Part shown: positions 1 through 13,351 of the stretch, in pieces
How positions within the stretch are numbered: the first letter of the stretch is position 1
Layout: each line of letters opens with the position of its first letter
Assembly: GCA_000165425.1 (NCBI GenBank)
Contig: CT868085.1
Span: 310,001 to 374,000 of the forward strand
Source of the DNA: Paramecium tetraurelia
Taxonomy: Eukaryota
Reading direction: 5' to 3'
Length of the DNA stretch: 64,000 bases
Notes under the pieces: generated by a model
Database searches by the model: none
Seen by the model: the letters and a program-made list of their open reading frames with translations, nothing else
What the model was told of the DNA's origin: nothing
Program-made: the position numbers and the translations under genes

Positions 1-212
1 ATGCTATTAGAATCTAACTCAGTGTTCCCCTAGCAGATGTCACATACAAAAAACTTTATATTATTTTCAAACTAGTATACTTTTTTGTGCTTTTTTGTCT
101 ATTGAATTGAAAAAGATTTGGCAGCACAATCCAAACAAAGATCATGATTACAGGTCAACATTAATATGTCATCAGGCACTTTCTAACAGTAACTACATTT
201 TGAAACATTCAT
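1..212 (-). CDS. RING-finger (C3HC4-like) protein, 5' part; continues off the window
   Basis: Ciliate-code translation MNVSKCSYCQKVPDDILMLTCNHDLCLDC...[27-nt GT..AG intron]...FFVCDICQG shows CxxC, CxH, CxxC, CxxC spacing. Confidence 0.8.
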
Positions 213-246
213 TATTTTTAAATTTTCTTTGTTCGTTAACTAATTT

Positions 247-915
247 ATGAAATAATATAAACTAGATCAATTAGCACAAATAATAAAGAGACTAGAAAAT
301 ATTCTAGATAATCCTAAACCAATAAATTCTCAATATTCTCTCTTTCGTCTCTTACCCACTTTTTAATCTGAAGATTAGACCTCTTCGGAATCGAGTACGA
401 ACTAAATTATTTTTGATGAGCAGCCAACTTAAGATTATACAAAGAATGAACTGAAGACTTTTTCAACGGAATCTCATAGTCTTAAACTAGATTACACGAA
501 AATTTCAACAGAATTAAGAGGAATGCTACAGAACACGTTTAGGAGCCTTAATATAGACTAAACAAATTATATATCCCAGGTAATCTTAAAGCATACTCAA
601 AAGGATAATCCTTTAATTGCTTTGATTATAAATTAATTAAATCTTATTCAAAGTGTAGTTGAAGCAAATTCTATTTGTCAAAAATATCATGCTTCAATAG
701 AGAATTTATAAAGTCAAATCAATAATTTCGATTAATAACATTTTATAGCATTAGTAATCTCATTAAGATCAAAGTTTTTTTCAGAAATTAATAAACATAA
801 AATCGATACAAGCTTGGTTCCTTAATATGATTAATTTTAGTTAATTAAAGAATAATAATTAAAAATTTAACATGTTTAACGAGCCATTGATTAGCTAATT
901 CAATAGATTAGTTGA
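247..915 (+). CDS. hypothetical protein
   Basis: ATG 247, open under the ciliate code (MKQYKLDQLAQIIKRLENILDNPKP...), TGA about 913-915; no motif recognised. Confidence 0.55.
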
Positions 916-965
916 TTATTTTATTTATTTATTTTTCATAAACATAATCATATGTTGATAGTATC

Positions 966-2776
966 TCAAAAGTAAATATTATATAAATTATTTTACAAAT
1001 CATCAAAATCAGAATAATCTAAGAACTATTTTAATTTTAATTATTTTTAATTTAAATCTCTAACATCTTTAACATTTCTGAAATTCAATAAATAATTTTC
1101 TAAATGTAATAATTCCTATATATCGATATTTGAATTACTTGGTCTTCTTTGTTATCATAATATGAAATAATTGGGATTCCATTGTCAATTTATTTGTTAA
1201 ATGAATAGGAAGCATTGTCTACTAATAAAACATCAGAGAGTTTTCGATTTCCTAATACTCTAAAACTAAATGGAATTTACCTTAAATCTTTAATGTAAGC
1301 TCCCTCCTTTGTTTAAATGCAATGTTCCCTGAACAATCGATATGAAACCCATTATTTTTTTGGATCCAAATAATCAATAACTACATTAGCGTAACATGAA
1401 TGAGAAGCTGTAAAAATAACAATTTCAAAATCCCTTGAAAGTGTTTACAGGATTTATTTTGCATAAGGTCTAATATTAATAGAAGCCTAAATGGTTTCAT
1501 TATTTGGAAAGGTGATGGGTAATGTGATGTCTCCTGGAATTGATGTGTTCTAGTTACAATGAATCAATGTTTCATCCAGATCAAACACTATTGTCTTTAG
1601 ATTATTTGATTTTGGCAAGAATGTAACCTTATCTGGTTCAAATTGCACTTAAGATCTACTTGCATAAAGTAATCCCTAGATAAATTAATACTAAATTCAC
1701 TTGATATGTTTGTAAAAAATGATCTTTAATAAGTTCATCAAGTTCTGTAGGTTTCTTACTTTTTATAGCTTAGATTACAGTTGAAATGTAGTACAAGAAC
1801 TAGATAAGCTAAATAGCTTACAGGCTCATTTGGTTATGTGTCACTCATCTTCTTTAAATAAAAAAATTTGGAATCCATCGATTATTATCTTTCTGATTTA
1901 TTTAAATTAGAGTTTGGTGAATGTACATTGGAACCCTTTAATAATTAAGAATTCTTATTTAAATTTGTTTTAATTTAAGTGACAAAATCTTTTAGTTATC
2001 CAGTCTTTTTGTCCTATGATTGTCTTAATAATTAAGAATTCGATGTATAACTGTTTAGATCCTTTATTTATGCATAAATATTTAATGTTGATTCAATATC
2101 TTTAGTAACTTTCCTCTCTTCTTAACTAACATTCTTTTATTATTAAACTAATTTCTAAGGGAAGTATTTAGATACCATAGAATACTATTTTTATTTTATT
2201 CTATCTGTTTGTTTGTCTTATTAATTTTCACTTCCATTAGCAGAAGTATCCTTCAACCGATTAAACCTTTTTTCCAAATTTTCCAATTTCTCATTCAAAC
2301 TCTTGTAAGACTAACTTTCTGAAGGTTTTTATCTTTGACTCTCATTTAATAAGTAATCTATCCATTTATTATTTTACTCTTTAGTTGATTTTGTATAATT
2401 ATGTCTAAATTTAAAGCCACTTTGTTATAACAAAGTGAAATATGAAACCTTTTTCGTCTCATTAATTTATTATTGATTTCCTTTCTAAATGTAATATGAA
2501 TTTTTCTCAGCAGCTGATTAAGCACGATAGAATTATTATAGCGATTCAGATTTATATAATCCACTATTTGAGCGATTTTCATTTTTTTATTGACTTGAGT
2601 TGCTGCTCTCCCTATTCTAATACTATTTCTTTTTCTGCAATTAAGCATTAGAGTTTTCCTTATCATTTGTTATTGGAGATCTGAAATTATCTAATATACT
2701 TTATCTAGATATCAAATCTATATTGAATTTTCATTTAGTTACCTGCGTAAGAACAGTTTTATGCAGTCTTGTACAT
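966..2776 (-). CDS. FCP1/SCP-family (NLI-interacting factor, CTD small phosphatase-like) HAD phosphatase with long low-complexity N-terminus
   Basis: TIVFDLDETLIHC catalytic motif at about 1555-1595; tiny introns such as gtaactaaatgaaaattcaatatag near the 5' end; TGA at 966-968. Confidence 0.9.
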
Positions 2777-3457
2777 CTTTTAAGATTCTGATATTTAGAA
2801 TAAAAAGTCTGTTTATTTTAATAAAACAAATAATAAAGGAAAATATGCTCATTTTTTTACAGCTGCATTTTAAATGTCTGCTTTTCTTGATTTTGAAAAT
2901 CTTTAAATTATTTTTTAATTTTTATTCTAAAGCCTTATTTATTAATTTTATTTAACTCTATGGAGTTAAAGTTCTAAGATATCTGAGTGTTAACCTAGTA
3001 CTTTTATAGAGTGCGTGATTTTAAAAGCTTTCTTATTTAATTTATTAAAAAAAACTCTTCTTAGCATCAATTTTTCCAAGGATTGAAAATATTCATAACT
3101 ATTATGTTTTAAAAATATAAACATAGGATTACTAAATTAAATTTCTGAGTGATTCTGAATCATTTAATAAGTGAAGTTATTAGCTGAGAATGTTATGATA
3201 TAATGGTTGATTAAAGATATAATCAAAAACAATGTTTTAACTTTTATATAGTATGGGGTAAAATCGATATTCTCAAAAACTTTTAATAATCCTCAAAATT
3301 AGTAGAAGACTTAAACAATGGATCAAAAGACAAGTTTTATTGAATCCATTTACATAGTCGATAACTTGTGTGTATCCTTAGATTTCAACTTTATTATTTT
3401 TCTACTAAATAGGTATATAAAAAATGTAATTATTTTACATATAAGTATATGTTTTCA

Positions 3458-5016
3458 TCAGTATAAATCACTTTATGCTCTAAGCCATTCTTCAACTCCT
3501 GTTAATATAACAATAAGCTTTTTTAGATTCTTAGACATTTTTTAAATATCACCAACATCAAATAAAGGCTCTAGATCTTCAGCATTTTTATATGATTAAG
3601 GGACTTTATTTAACTCGATATGCTAGTAATTGACTAAACATCTATTTGGACTTAAGTGATTTAGCAAAACTGGATTCTTGAGCTCCCCAAGTTAAATATG
3701 TGCATAAGATAGTCCTTTTATTTTACTAAGATCTAGAGTTCCTCTTTCTGTTAGTAGAGACTAAGTTTACTATGCTCTTGGAATTCTATCATTCAAATTT
3801 TATTTGTACCTAATAAAAGAATTAGCATTTTTTGATTCTTGTTATTATCTTTTTACGTTGGTTCTGTCGAATAATGGCTGTTTTCTTATTTAATAATGCA
3901 GAAGTTAAGGTTTTTTCTTGGAATTATGCCTCATAAGCTCAAAATTATCTTTAGCTTTTTATAAGCCTTCATCCTTCTCTTAAGCAAAGATAACCTCGAA
4001 TGGTTCATCATCAGAAGATATATTAAAATCTGCTTCTTCAGTATTTACAGATTACTTCTCTCTATTACTTTTGCCTATCGAACCTTACTCAAACTTAGCG
4101 ACTGCCAATCTCTTCAATGATGAATTAGATTTCTAATATGATTAACAAAATATTACTAAAGTATCTCCGTTAATCATTTTATTATGATAAAACTAAGCCA
4201 TTTCAATGTTACCTTCATAATAATAATACTTTCCCATCTAGTCATACCCTTTTAGTTCTTCATTTGGTTTATCCAATTTCCAGCTGCACATCAAATACTT
4301 TGTTATGTAGGTTTTAGCTTGCTTAAGTCTTAGCTTAAGGAAACATAACGATAAGATTTCATAGGCCTTAATTTTATACTTTAGCATAGGCTCTGAGTCT
4401 GAAAACCTCTTTGCATTTTTAGCGAGCAAGATAGCATAATGGAGGAGATTATAATATCTAGCAATTTTAGAGAGAGATAAACTAACTAAAATCTTGATAT
4501 CTAACACATTGATTAAGCTAAAATACCAATATTACGGATTTTAGATATTTGGTTATTGATTTCTTAAATAATCTCTATGCAACAGGATCGTTTGGATTTG
4601 TTTAGAAGAATCCTTCTTAATCTATCGATAAGAATGGAGATATCATCTCTGTTTCTTAGTAGCATATCTTGACTGAAAAAATAGATTGAAACATAGTACA
4701 TATATAGCTGTTGATTTGTTTATCGGATTCTGCATTCATCCTTTAACTTTTCTATTTCACATTTGTAGGTATTTTTTATGTTATTTATAAGTATATTTAT
4801 CTTGCTATTGATTTGTTTAGGGTACGGATTAGATCTTTTGATTAAATAGCCTTCGCTAGTTGAATGTTCGGTATTAAATTTTTCATGAATATACTTGCTA
4901 GATTTGTTGGTATGAACAGTAGTTTAAAGAACATCACATGTTCTTTCTGTTGTTTTATATCCACTTAAACGAGAAAGAGACGGTTTATTCTTTGTTAGAA
5001 AGTATTGATAAAACAT
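3458..5016 (-). CDS. TPR-like helical repeat protein, function unknown
   Basis: Long ciliate-code ORF with a helical segment AYEILSLCFLKLRLKQAKTYITKYLMCSW...GYDQMGKYYYYEGNIEMAQFYH; TPR call is by pattern only. Confidence 0.6.
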
Positions 5017-5898
5017 AAAATAAAATACACATTTATCTAATATTGATTAATTGACTCGGCATCTCTTTAATTAGAACAATTATTATGATCTATATTATTG
5101 TTGAACTGTTTAGATGATTTAGATTTATTACAATATTGTTATTTTTCCTCTTATTCAATTTAGAGTTGATTATTTAAATTTATCATTCTTATGAAAATTA
5201 CTATGATTAGAACTTTGTCTCCGTATTCTAAAAAGGTATTCCATAACTAAAATACAAAGCAAAAATTGAATTTTTTTTCTTAATTGGGATATGTATAGTG
5301 AAATTGAAATTCTTGATATGTTTATAATTCTCATGAAAATGGCGTTCAGAGTATTTAAGAAAAGGTTATAATCGTTTAACTTTGACGATTTTTCTAAGAT
5401 ATATTCAATTTCTTATTGAAAACGATAATAAAATTTGGCTAAATTTAAAACTGAATATTTTTGACAATTTAAATATTCAATGTTATTTTGATTAAAAATA
5501 AGCAAAAATCTTTGGAGTTGTAGATATCTATTTACAGGTTTTCTATGATCAATAGGAGCAGCAATTAATTTAAGACATAAAAATAGGATTTCTAAAGGAA
5601 TTTAAATTTGATAACGTTTCTTCTTCTAAATTAAAATGTAAATGGATTTGAAAGATATTGGAATCTTAACTAATCCTTATTATTTTCAGATCTAGACATG
5701 AAAACAATATAAATTTATGCTTTTTCCTTTCAAATCTCTCATTTAGATTTATTGGACCAATAGGATTTCTTAAAATAATTTAATATAAAATTATAGTTTT
5801 CAATTAAACTTAAGAAATCTAGCACGACTAGCTAGAAGAGTTAGTAGCAAATCGGTAGTAATTTTTTTATTATAAATACAGTATTAATATTAATTAAA

Positions 5899-8555
5899 AT
5901 GTATCTAAACAATTTAGAATTTTATAGTGGAAGTGGGTATAAGCAGTCAGGTTTCTTAAAAAAGTGGAAGGAAAAACTTTTAGTTTTCAATTTGAATACG
6001 AAGGTAGTGAATAGTGGAATATTTAGGTTTTATAAATTTAAGATGCAAAGACTCAAACTCAAAAGCAAATTGATATTTCAAATTACAACTTAAAGAAGTT
6101 GGGTAAGTATTAAGAGAAATGGTCAATAAAACTATCGTCAGCATAAAATGAAGTTAAATTGGGATGGAATAGTGAAAAAGATTTATAACAATGGATTGAT
6201 TGTTTCACGGGAGAATGGTAGAAGAAATAGGAGCACTTAAGATTTTTGGAGGAATTTGATAAATCTCACCCTGAGATTGAGCCATATATTGAAAAATAAC
6301 CATTGGTATTTAGACCAAAACCAAGCTTAATGATTCGTGATAAGATTGAAAATATGATTCCTCATTTGCCATAGTTCATTTAAGTAAAGAAAAAGCATAA
6401 ACAAATAGAAAGACATGGAGATTCTTCTGTAAAACACATTATAGAATTTGGATGGTTTCAGTGACATTCAAAATTTCAAGCAAATATTGGATTAAGAAAA
6501 TGCAAAATTGTATCAGGACCCAAACGATAATTTGCATATGAAGTTGGTTTACTATTCGAAAATTGAGCCTCGGAGGATTTATGATGTAAATTCTGGTTTA
6601 TTTATTTAAGGAACATGTGATGCCATCAACATAAAATTGGATGCCTGATATAATTAAGCAATTTTAAGTATTTCCAACTAAGAAAGGATGTAGTTTGGTA
6701 TATTTAGAATTTGAGTTTAAAGATGATGCAATTCCTAGATAGCATAGTATTTAAGATGAGGATGTGTAAGAAGAATAGCATAACTTCAAATTTCATTCAT
6801 CTCAATCACTGAATTAGAATGAGTAGGATGATAACAATAAAATAAGAATAGTATTCACATAGAAGGGATTTGAGAAGGACGGCATCTATTGTGTATTTCG
6901 TAAGTACACAGGATAAGAAATGTATCATGATTAGATTGATAGGAGTCTGGCAAATTAATTGGGCAAGTATAAGATCATTAGATCAGCTCTTGTTGTTTAA
7001 CCATCAAAGTATTAAAAGTCATATCATTTAGCAAACAGGAGTTCAAAAGTTTACTGATAGAAGAAATATACGTGGATTGTAAAGATCTGGATGGAGGAGA
7101 AAAGTTATTGAAAATCCTATTGTTGAATATAACATCTTCAGACAGAAATCTGATGCAAATCTAATAGGAAATATAATAAATAACTGAGAATGTGGAAGTG
7201 AAAAATGTAGAACTATTCGAAACCATTTAAATCTCTATTAAATTAACGGAATCTGATATTCAAAGGATAACTTCAGAATAGCATTAGATTTAATCAAAGG
7301 AAGAATTCTAAAAGTTAATTGAAAAGGTGGGAAATGGCCAATACATTTTAGATGCGATCGCATATCATTCAGATCAAACTATTATTTCTGGTTTAGACAA
7401 AAAACTACAAACCAATGATGAAGAAGGTCACTTCTTATACACTAAATACTACCGAGTTGACACCACTAAAGGTGGCTTAACCTATCATAATGAAAGATTA
7501 TTGAAGGATTAAAGATCTGTTCTCTTAAACATGATCAAAAGGATGGGATCCAATCTTATATAAGGAAAATCTGTAATGTCTGTCTCCCTGCCTATCTAAA
7601 TATTTGAAAGTAGATCCTTTCTTGAGAGAATGGCTCGAGCTTAAGGACATGCTCCTCTATTTTTTGAACCTGCAGCAAAATCTAATGACCCTTTACAATA
7701 AATGAAATAGACTATTGCCTTTCATATGGCAACTTTTATGATGGGAATTCAGTAAGAAAAACCATTCAATCCAATTTTAGGAGAAACCTTTTAAGGTAGA
7801 ATACTTGGATGCCCTATTTATTTGGAATAGACATCCCATCATCCACCAATTTCTAATTACATTATGTTTGGAAGAGATTATAAATTGTATGGATCTTTCA
7901 GTCCTATAGTTAATATGGGCTGCAATAGTCTCTCTGGAGAACAGCAAGGACATTCTATAGTACATTTTCAAAATACAAATTTAAAATTTTATTACATTAA
8001 TCAACCATTTACAGTTTATAACATTATCACTGGACAAAGAAATGTCAATTGTCATAAACGAAGTTTCTGTTTTTAGCCTGATCTTTAATTATGTGCTGTT
8101 ATACAATTCAACCCCAAAGATGAAAATAAAAGTTTTTTTTCAAGGTAAACCACACCAATTGATCATTTCTTGGGGAAGATTTATAAGGTATCTCCTATGT
8201 TTATTTAACGTTGTAAAATGGCACATAAAACTGGATCAGGATTGAATTTGAAATTGAAAATCAGCAAAGAAGAAATCTTAGAGACCTACGACTCTATCAG
8301 TGGCCGATGGACTTCTCATTTAGACATCAACGGCTAAAGATTTTGGGATATTAACATACATAGGTATTTACTATTATTAATCTACTTAATGATAGACCCT
8401 ATGTGCTAGAATTGGAGTCTAGACCTTTACCATCTGATTGTTTATATAGATTAGATTTACTTCTCATGAAAATGAAGGATATTTAAAGAGCACAAGAAAT
8501 GAAAGAAAAAATGGAAGTAGATTAAAGAAAGGATTAAAAGTTAAGGTAAAAATGA
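5899..8555 (+). CDS. oxysterol-binding protein-related protein: N-terminal PH-like domain, central possible START-like region, C-terminal OSBP domain
   Basis: N-term GYKQSGFLKKWKEK (PH-like); C-term SVSLPIQIFESRSFLER, KPFNPILGETF and EQTSHHPP OSBP signatures; frame continuous across short introns; TGA 8553-8555. Confidence 0.88.
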
Positions 8556-8592
8556 TGAATAATTTTATGGATAAATTAAATTTATACACTAC

Positions 8593-10193
8593 TCATTAAT
8601 GTTTTAGAAAATATTACATCTTTTATCTTCTCTCTGATAATTATTCAATAATTCTTAAGATTTGATATGATAATTAAAGTCCTTCGATTAAACAATTACC
8701 CAGATTTTTGCAAATTGTGAAAAATTCATATTAAGAAATACTAATATTTTAAGTAGATAAAATTTGGTAGCGTACTGACCTGCTTATATATAAAATTTAT
8801 ACTGTTGAGGATAACTTAATGGCACTATGATACCAATCTCTATTTGTTAATCATCTTTAGCTAGTACCATTTTGTAACAGTCGTGTAGATGTTCGGCTTG
8901 GCCTTCAAATCTATAATTCAATTAAATATATGATTATAAGGTTTTGTCCTCAACTAATAGGGTTGTGTCCTTATTTTATTTGTAAATTAAACTCTCTCCC
9001 AAACAAAACTTATACCAAAATGGAGTGTCATCGTTGATTTGACAATTACCAAAGTATTTTAATTGATATTTCTATTCAAAATTCATTCCAGGAAAATTTG
9101 TAAGCAACTCATTTTTTTACAATTTCTGTAATTGAATTTTGATTAATTATATATTGTATATTCTTTTCTGTAATTGGAGATAGAACTATTGAGCACTCAA
9201 CTCAAATCCAGTTAACAATTTAGCCCATCGGAATGTCATATATTTAGTATTAATGTTAATTTCTTCATCACTCTTTGCATTAACAAATATGGGTTCTCCA
9301 GGATCTCCTTAAAATAATCCACAGAACAATTCTTCGGATGTTATTTGATTTTTTCGATCTACTTAGAATACAATCTTATCCAATGTTGTAAAGTATCTAA
9401 TACTAAATGAAAATGGGTATATATTTTCATAAAATTATTCCAACTTAACTCCTAAATAATTTAATGCGATCTGATCAAATATTCCTGATTCTATTGTTAC
9501 CTTCAATTCGAATTGTGACTATTTGTAAATGCTATCTGCAATTGGATGTGAAATGATTTCTAATTGTATGAATTTAGTTTGTAATTTTTAATAAATTTAA
9601 TGTAATGGTTAAGGCAACTATTAAAAGAATTCCTGTTGAGATGGAAGTGCTAAATGAGGAATTTCAAACATATTCAATGCTGGTATGAGATGCGATTATG
9701 ATTACCTAAGCAAATCTGGCAATACTTGAAAATATTGGGACTTCTTTTATTCTTAGTGTTATTGCAGATGTTCGAACTCATTTGTGATTTCCTCATATTT
9801 TTTCTTCTTCTCTCTTCGAACTTCTAATTCTGTTTCCAACTTATGCAAGATTTCGTTATTATGATCCAATGGATTTTTATCCTCCAAATCAAGTTGCTTT
9901 TTAATTTAATTGTAATGATTTGTTTGCAAGCCTTTGAATTATCCTATTTGCAATTACAATTAAGTTTTTGAGTACTTCAAACATTCAGAGTTGATTGTCT
10001 ACTTGTCCAACTAATCTTTTTCCAATTAATTTGTACGCCTATTACCTTCTATACTTTTATATAGTTCTCTATGACTCTTCCTTAAATCAGTCAACAATTG
10101 GTAATCAATACTATCATTTCTTTTACCTGTCGCTTTGCTTACATTATCCCTCATCTAGTCTATCAATTTTTGGATTTTTTATTGTAATTCCAT
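8593..10193 (-). CDS. hypothetical protein (N-terminal coiled coil)
   Basis: ATG 10193 (MELQQKIQKLIDQMRDNVSKATGKR...), long ciliate-code ORF ending at TGA 8593-8595. Confidence 0.6.
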
Positions 10194-10211
10194 TTTTTAT
10201 TTTAATTAATA

Positions 10212-11831
10212 ATGGCAAGATTAATTGGAAATGCCAACATTAAACTCAGAAATCCTCTTCTGAAATTATGTTAACCAACTACTTCACTATCCAAACTGAT
10301 TGCCCTCAAATTGATATTCATTGATGACGTTTCAAATCATTACACCATCAACTGCAAGAAAGTGAATTGCTTTTACACCCAAGGAAAATAAATTAAGATC
10401 GAAAAATTGATAGAAAAAGAGTTAAATCAATATTCAGATTCCAATCAACTAAAAAACCCTAAATTTTATTTTTATGATTTAAATGGTAATCAGATTACCA
10501 TGTATGACCCATCCATCGAAACATATCTGGTCAGTATAAAAGATAACAACCATTGGTTATATGATAAGAAATATGAAAAACTTTTATTCTAAATAATTTA
10601 GATGGATACAAGCATAATCAGCAACAATAACATCTCTGATGATAAATCGAGAAAACCTTCATTAATGAATTCAAATTAGCACATTATCCAAAATAGTCTT
10701 TATGATCATTTAATACCTTAGAGTAGTTTCAGATCTCGAATACTTTAAAAGGGAATTTAACATCTAGAAAATGTCTATGATAATTTCAAAATGACCAGTC
10801 GGTAAAATTCTGACCCCTTCATCATTACCAATTGTAAATTCAAAACCACCCATTAATCATTCAGTTCATAAAACAGACCATTAAATATATCTTATGTTAA
10901 AATCAATACTCCTAATTCAACTCCAAGACATTATTTAACTGATCAAGAATAATACTTCATAAATAACATGTAAAAATGTTAGGATGATTTAGACAATTTC
11001 ATTAATAAACTCAAATCCAATTTGTCAAAAGAAAATGAAGAGGTTGAAAAGATCATTCGATTTTATGAAAATGTCTTATATCCAACCCCAAAAAGTAGAG
11101 CACTTGAGATGAAATAAATATCTACTTCTAGTTTGATAAGCACAAAATTAACCAAGATATTAGGAAAACAATTCCCAGCAGACACTAAAGCACCAAAAGC
11201 CTACGTTCCATAAGAAAAGAAAATGTTGTATAAAATACCGCCTTTATTACATCTAAACATACCATCTTTATAGGCCAAGTACAGACTAAACAGAAGTTAA
11301 TTATATGCCTTTTTCTCACTCTATAAAGTATTACATCTCATCTCAGGATATATGAAAATAAAAAGTAAATAATTGTAGGTTCAAGGTATTACTTATGAAG
11401 TGTACAGGAATGGAATTGAAACTATTCAGGATTAAGCAGAGAATATGGCAAGGGGAATATTTGATATCATAGATAGCCGTTGTTCTGGCTTCTTGGATTG
11501 GAGTCAATTTTTATATTTGATGAGTTCAGTATAAGCTAAAACTAGGGATCAAAGAATTGATTTGTTTATCAAGATAGCTGATTCTAACAAGGATGGTTAA
11601 CTTTCTTATTAAGAAGTTGTAAGGTTGAGTTAATAAACACTATAAAAGTTCATTAAGAATGGTAACACAGAATTTTTGGATGAAATGTCTTAATTTTTCA
11701 CTAAAGTAATATTTGATTCAGTCGGAGTGGATTATTAATAAGAAATTCAATTTAATCAACTTAAAGAAGTAATTAATTAAGGACATCCTAATTCAGATTT
11801 ATTGTGTATGTTTTGTGGAGCAGATTCTTGA
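10212..11831 (+). CDS. EF-hand Ca2+-binding protein (calcineurin-B/NCS-like C-terminal domain)
   Basis: EF-hand loops DSRCSGFLDWSQF and DSNKDGQLSYQEV; ends GHPNSDLLCMFCGADS-stop. Confidence 0.82.
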
Positions 11832-13351
11832 TTCTTTATGCTTCATTTTATTTATTTAATTAAACGAATACTATTATCATCATATTGCCTTCACGATTGG
11901 AATTGATAATCCTTATGATTAATGACTTGATCACGAATTCTAGGTATTCGGAGGAAAATTTCTAAATTTCAAATACATAATATCGGAAGGGATTAAAGAG
12001 TTTTACTGATTTCAATTTGTTTTAAAGATCCTCCTAAATTAGATTAGATTACCTCATCATTTAAAACAAAGAGTAATAATTTATAGAGATTTTAAATTAT
12101 TTTTTTATATTCCTCCTAATTTAATGATAAAATCATCATAAGATTTTTCAGTTTCACTAATTTTGCTAAAATTCATTGACACTAAATCAGCAAGAGTCTC
12201 AACCGGAGCTGTTTAGTAAATGTATCAGTTTCTAATAAAATACTTCTTATTATGAATTACAGACACTCTAAGAATATCTAATTAAAATATAATAATAAAA
12301 CAAGAAGTGAAGTAATGTATAATAAATTTAGGATCTTAGAAGATCATGATTTAATGTAAGCTATTCAAAATTGGATTGTTAAATAGTAGCCAAATAATTC
12401 TAAAGTAATCATTAATTTAAGATTGAAATTGTAAAATATATTGTTGATACTAAGATCAATGTGGATCATATTTTTATTTTGATGTTTTTAGGAACAATTT
12501 ATTTTTTATATTTTCATTTTAATCCCTCTAACCAATCAAAAAATCAATAAATTATGATAATGAAGAAAGATTTTGTCTTTTATGAATTATTGTATCTGTC
12601 TTTTTAAGAAGTTATCGAAGTTGATTTGAGATAGAGTTTTCTGTTTTTACCTGTAGAGTTGAGATTATGGACTTTCTGACTTGGATTCATTATGTAATTG
12701 ATGCAAAATATAGGGAGATAAATTAATGTTGATTGTTTCATAGATTTGGCTATTAATATTCTAGGTTTTGAGATTCTCTTACTCTGCTTTGTTTATTGAT
12801 TTCTTATTTTCTTGAATTTAAAGAAATTTAAAATGTATTAAACCGCTCTCACATATATCATAAATCAATATAAATTTTTTTTATGTTTTAGTTATTTTTC
12901 ATAGAACAATCCTTACGAGATTAACTTACTCCACTTGCTTCCATAAGAACCATAAGTCTTTTCATCACAGCTTTTTGATCTAAACTATTTTAAACCATGT
13001 ACATTTTTCTATTTAGTAGCTTAAATTTGACTTTTTCCCATTAAATCAGTAATGGCCTCATTTTTATTCTCCAATTTTTTCAATGCATTTTTTTTTGGGG
13101 CTTCGTTAGTTACACTTAGTTGAGAGAATATTTGAAATCAGGAAAACATTGATGTTAGTTAGAGTATTCATTTAATTTTTGATGAAGTCTATTTTAATAT
13201 AAGGGTCCTTTAATCTGGGACTGGAATCTTAAGAATTTAATAGAGGACATGGAAATCGCATTTTTTAACTTATTTGATTATCCATTCGACTACTTGCGGA
13301 TGATACTATGAAATATATAAATATATATAAATATTTATAATAAAATTGAAA

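Noticed and set aside
2358..3545. Supplied ORFs 2358-2666, 2761-2955 and 3318-3545, and similar short standard-code ORFs elsewhere
   Set aside because: Wrong-frame or antisense artefacts of applying the standard code to ciliate DNA; the real genes use other frames
5170..5860. Possible TBC/Rab-GAP remnant (MIRTL...LGYVQ)
   Set aside because: Only two short motif-like words amid several TGA stops; not distinguishable from chance
11900..13261. Coding-like stretches on both strands between the EF-hand and bZIP genes
   Set aside because: Every frame I traced hits in-frame TGA and no motif is recognisable; possibly decayed genes, but no model can be supported
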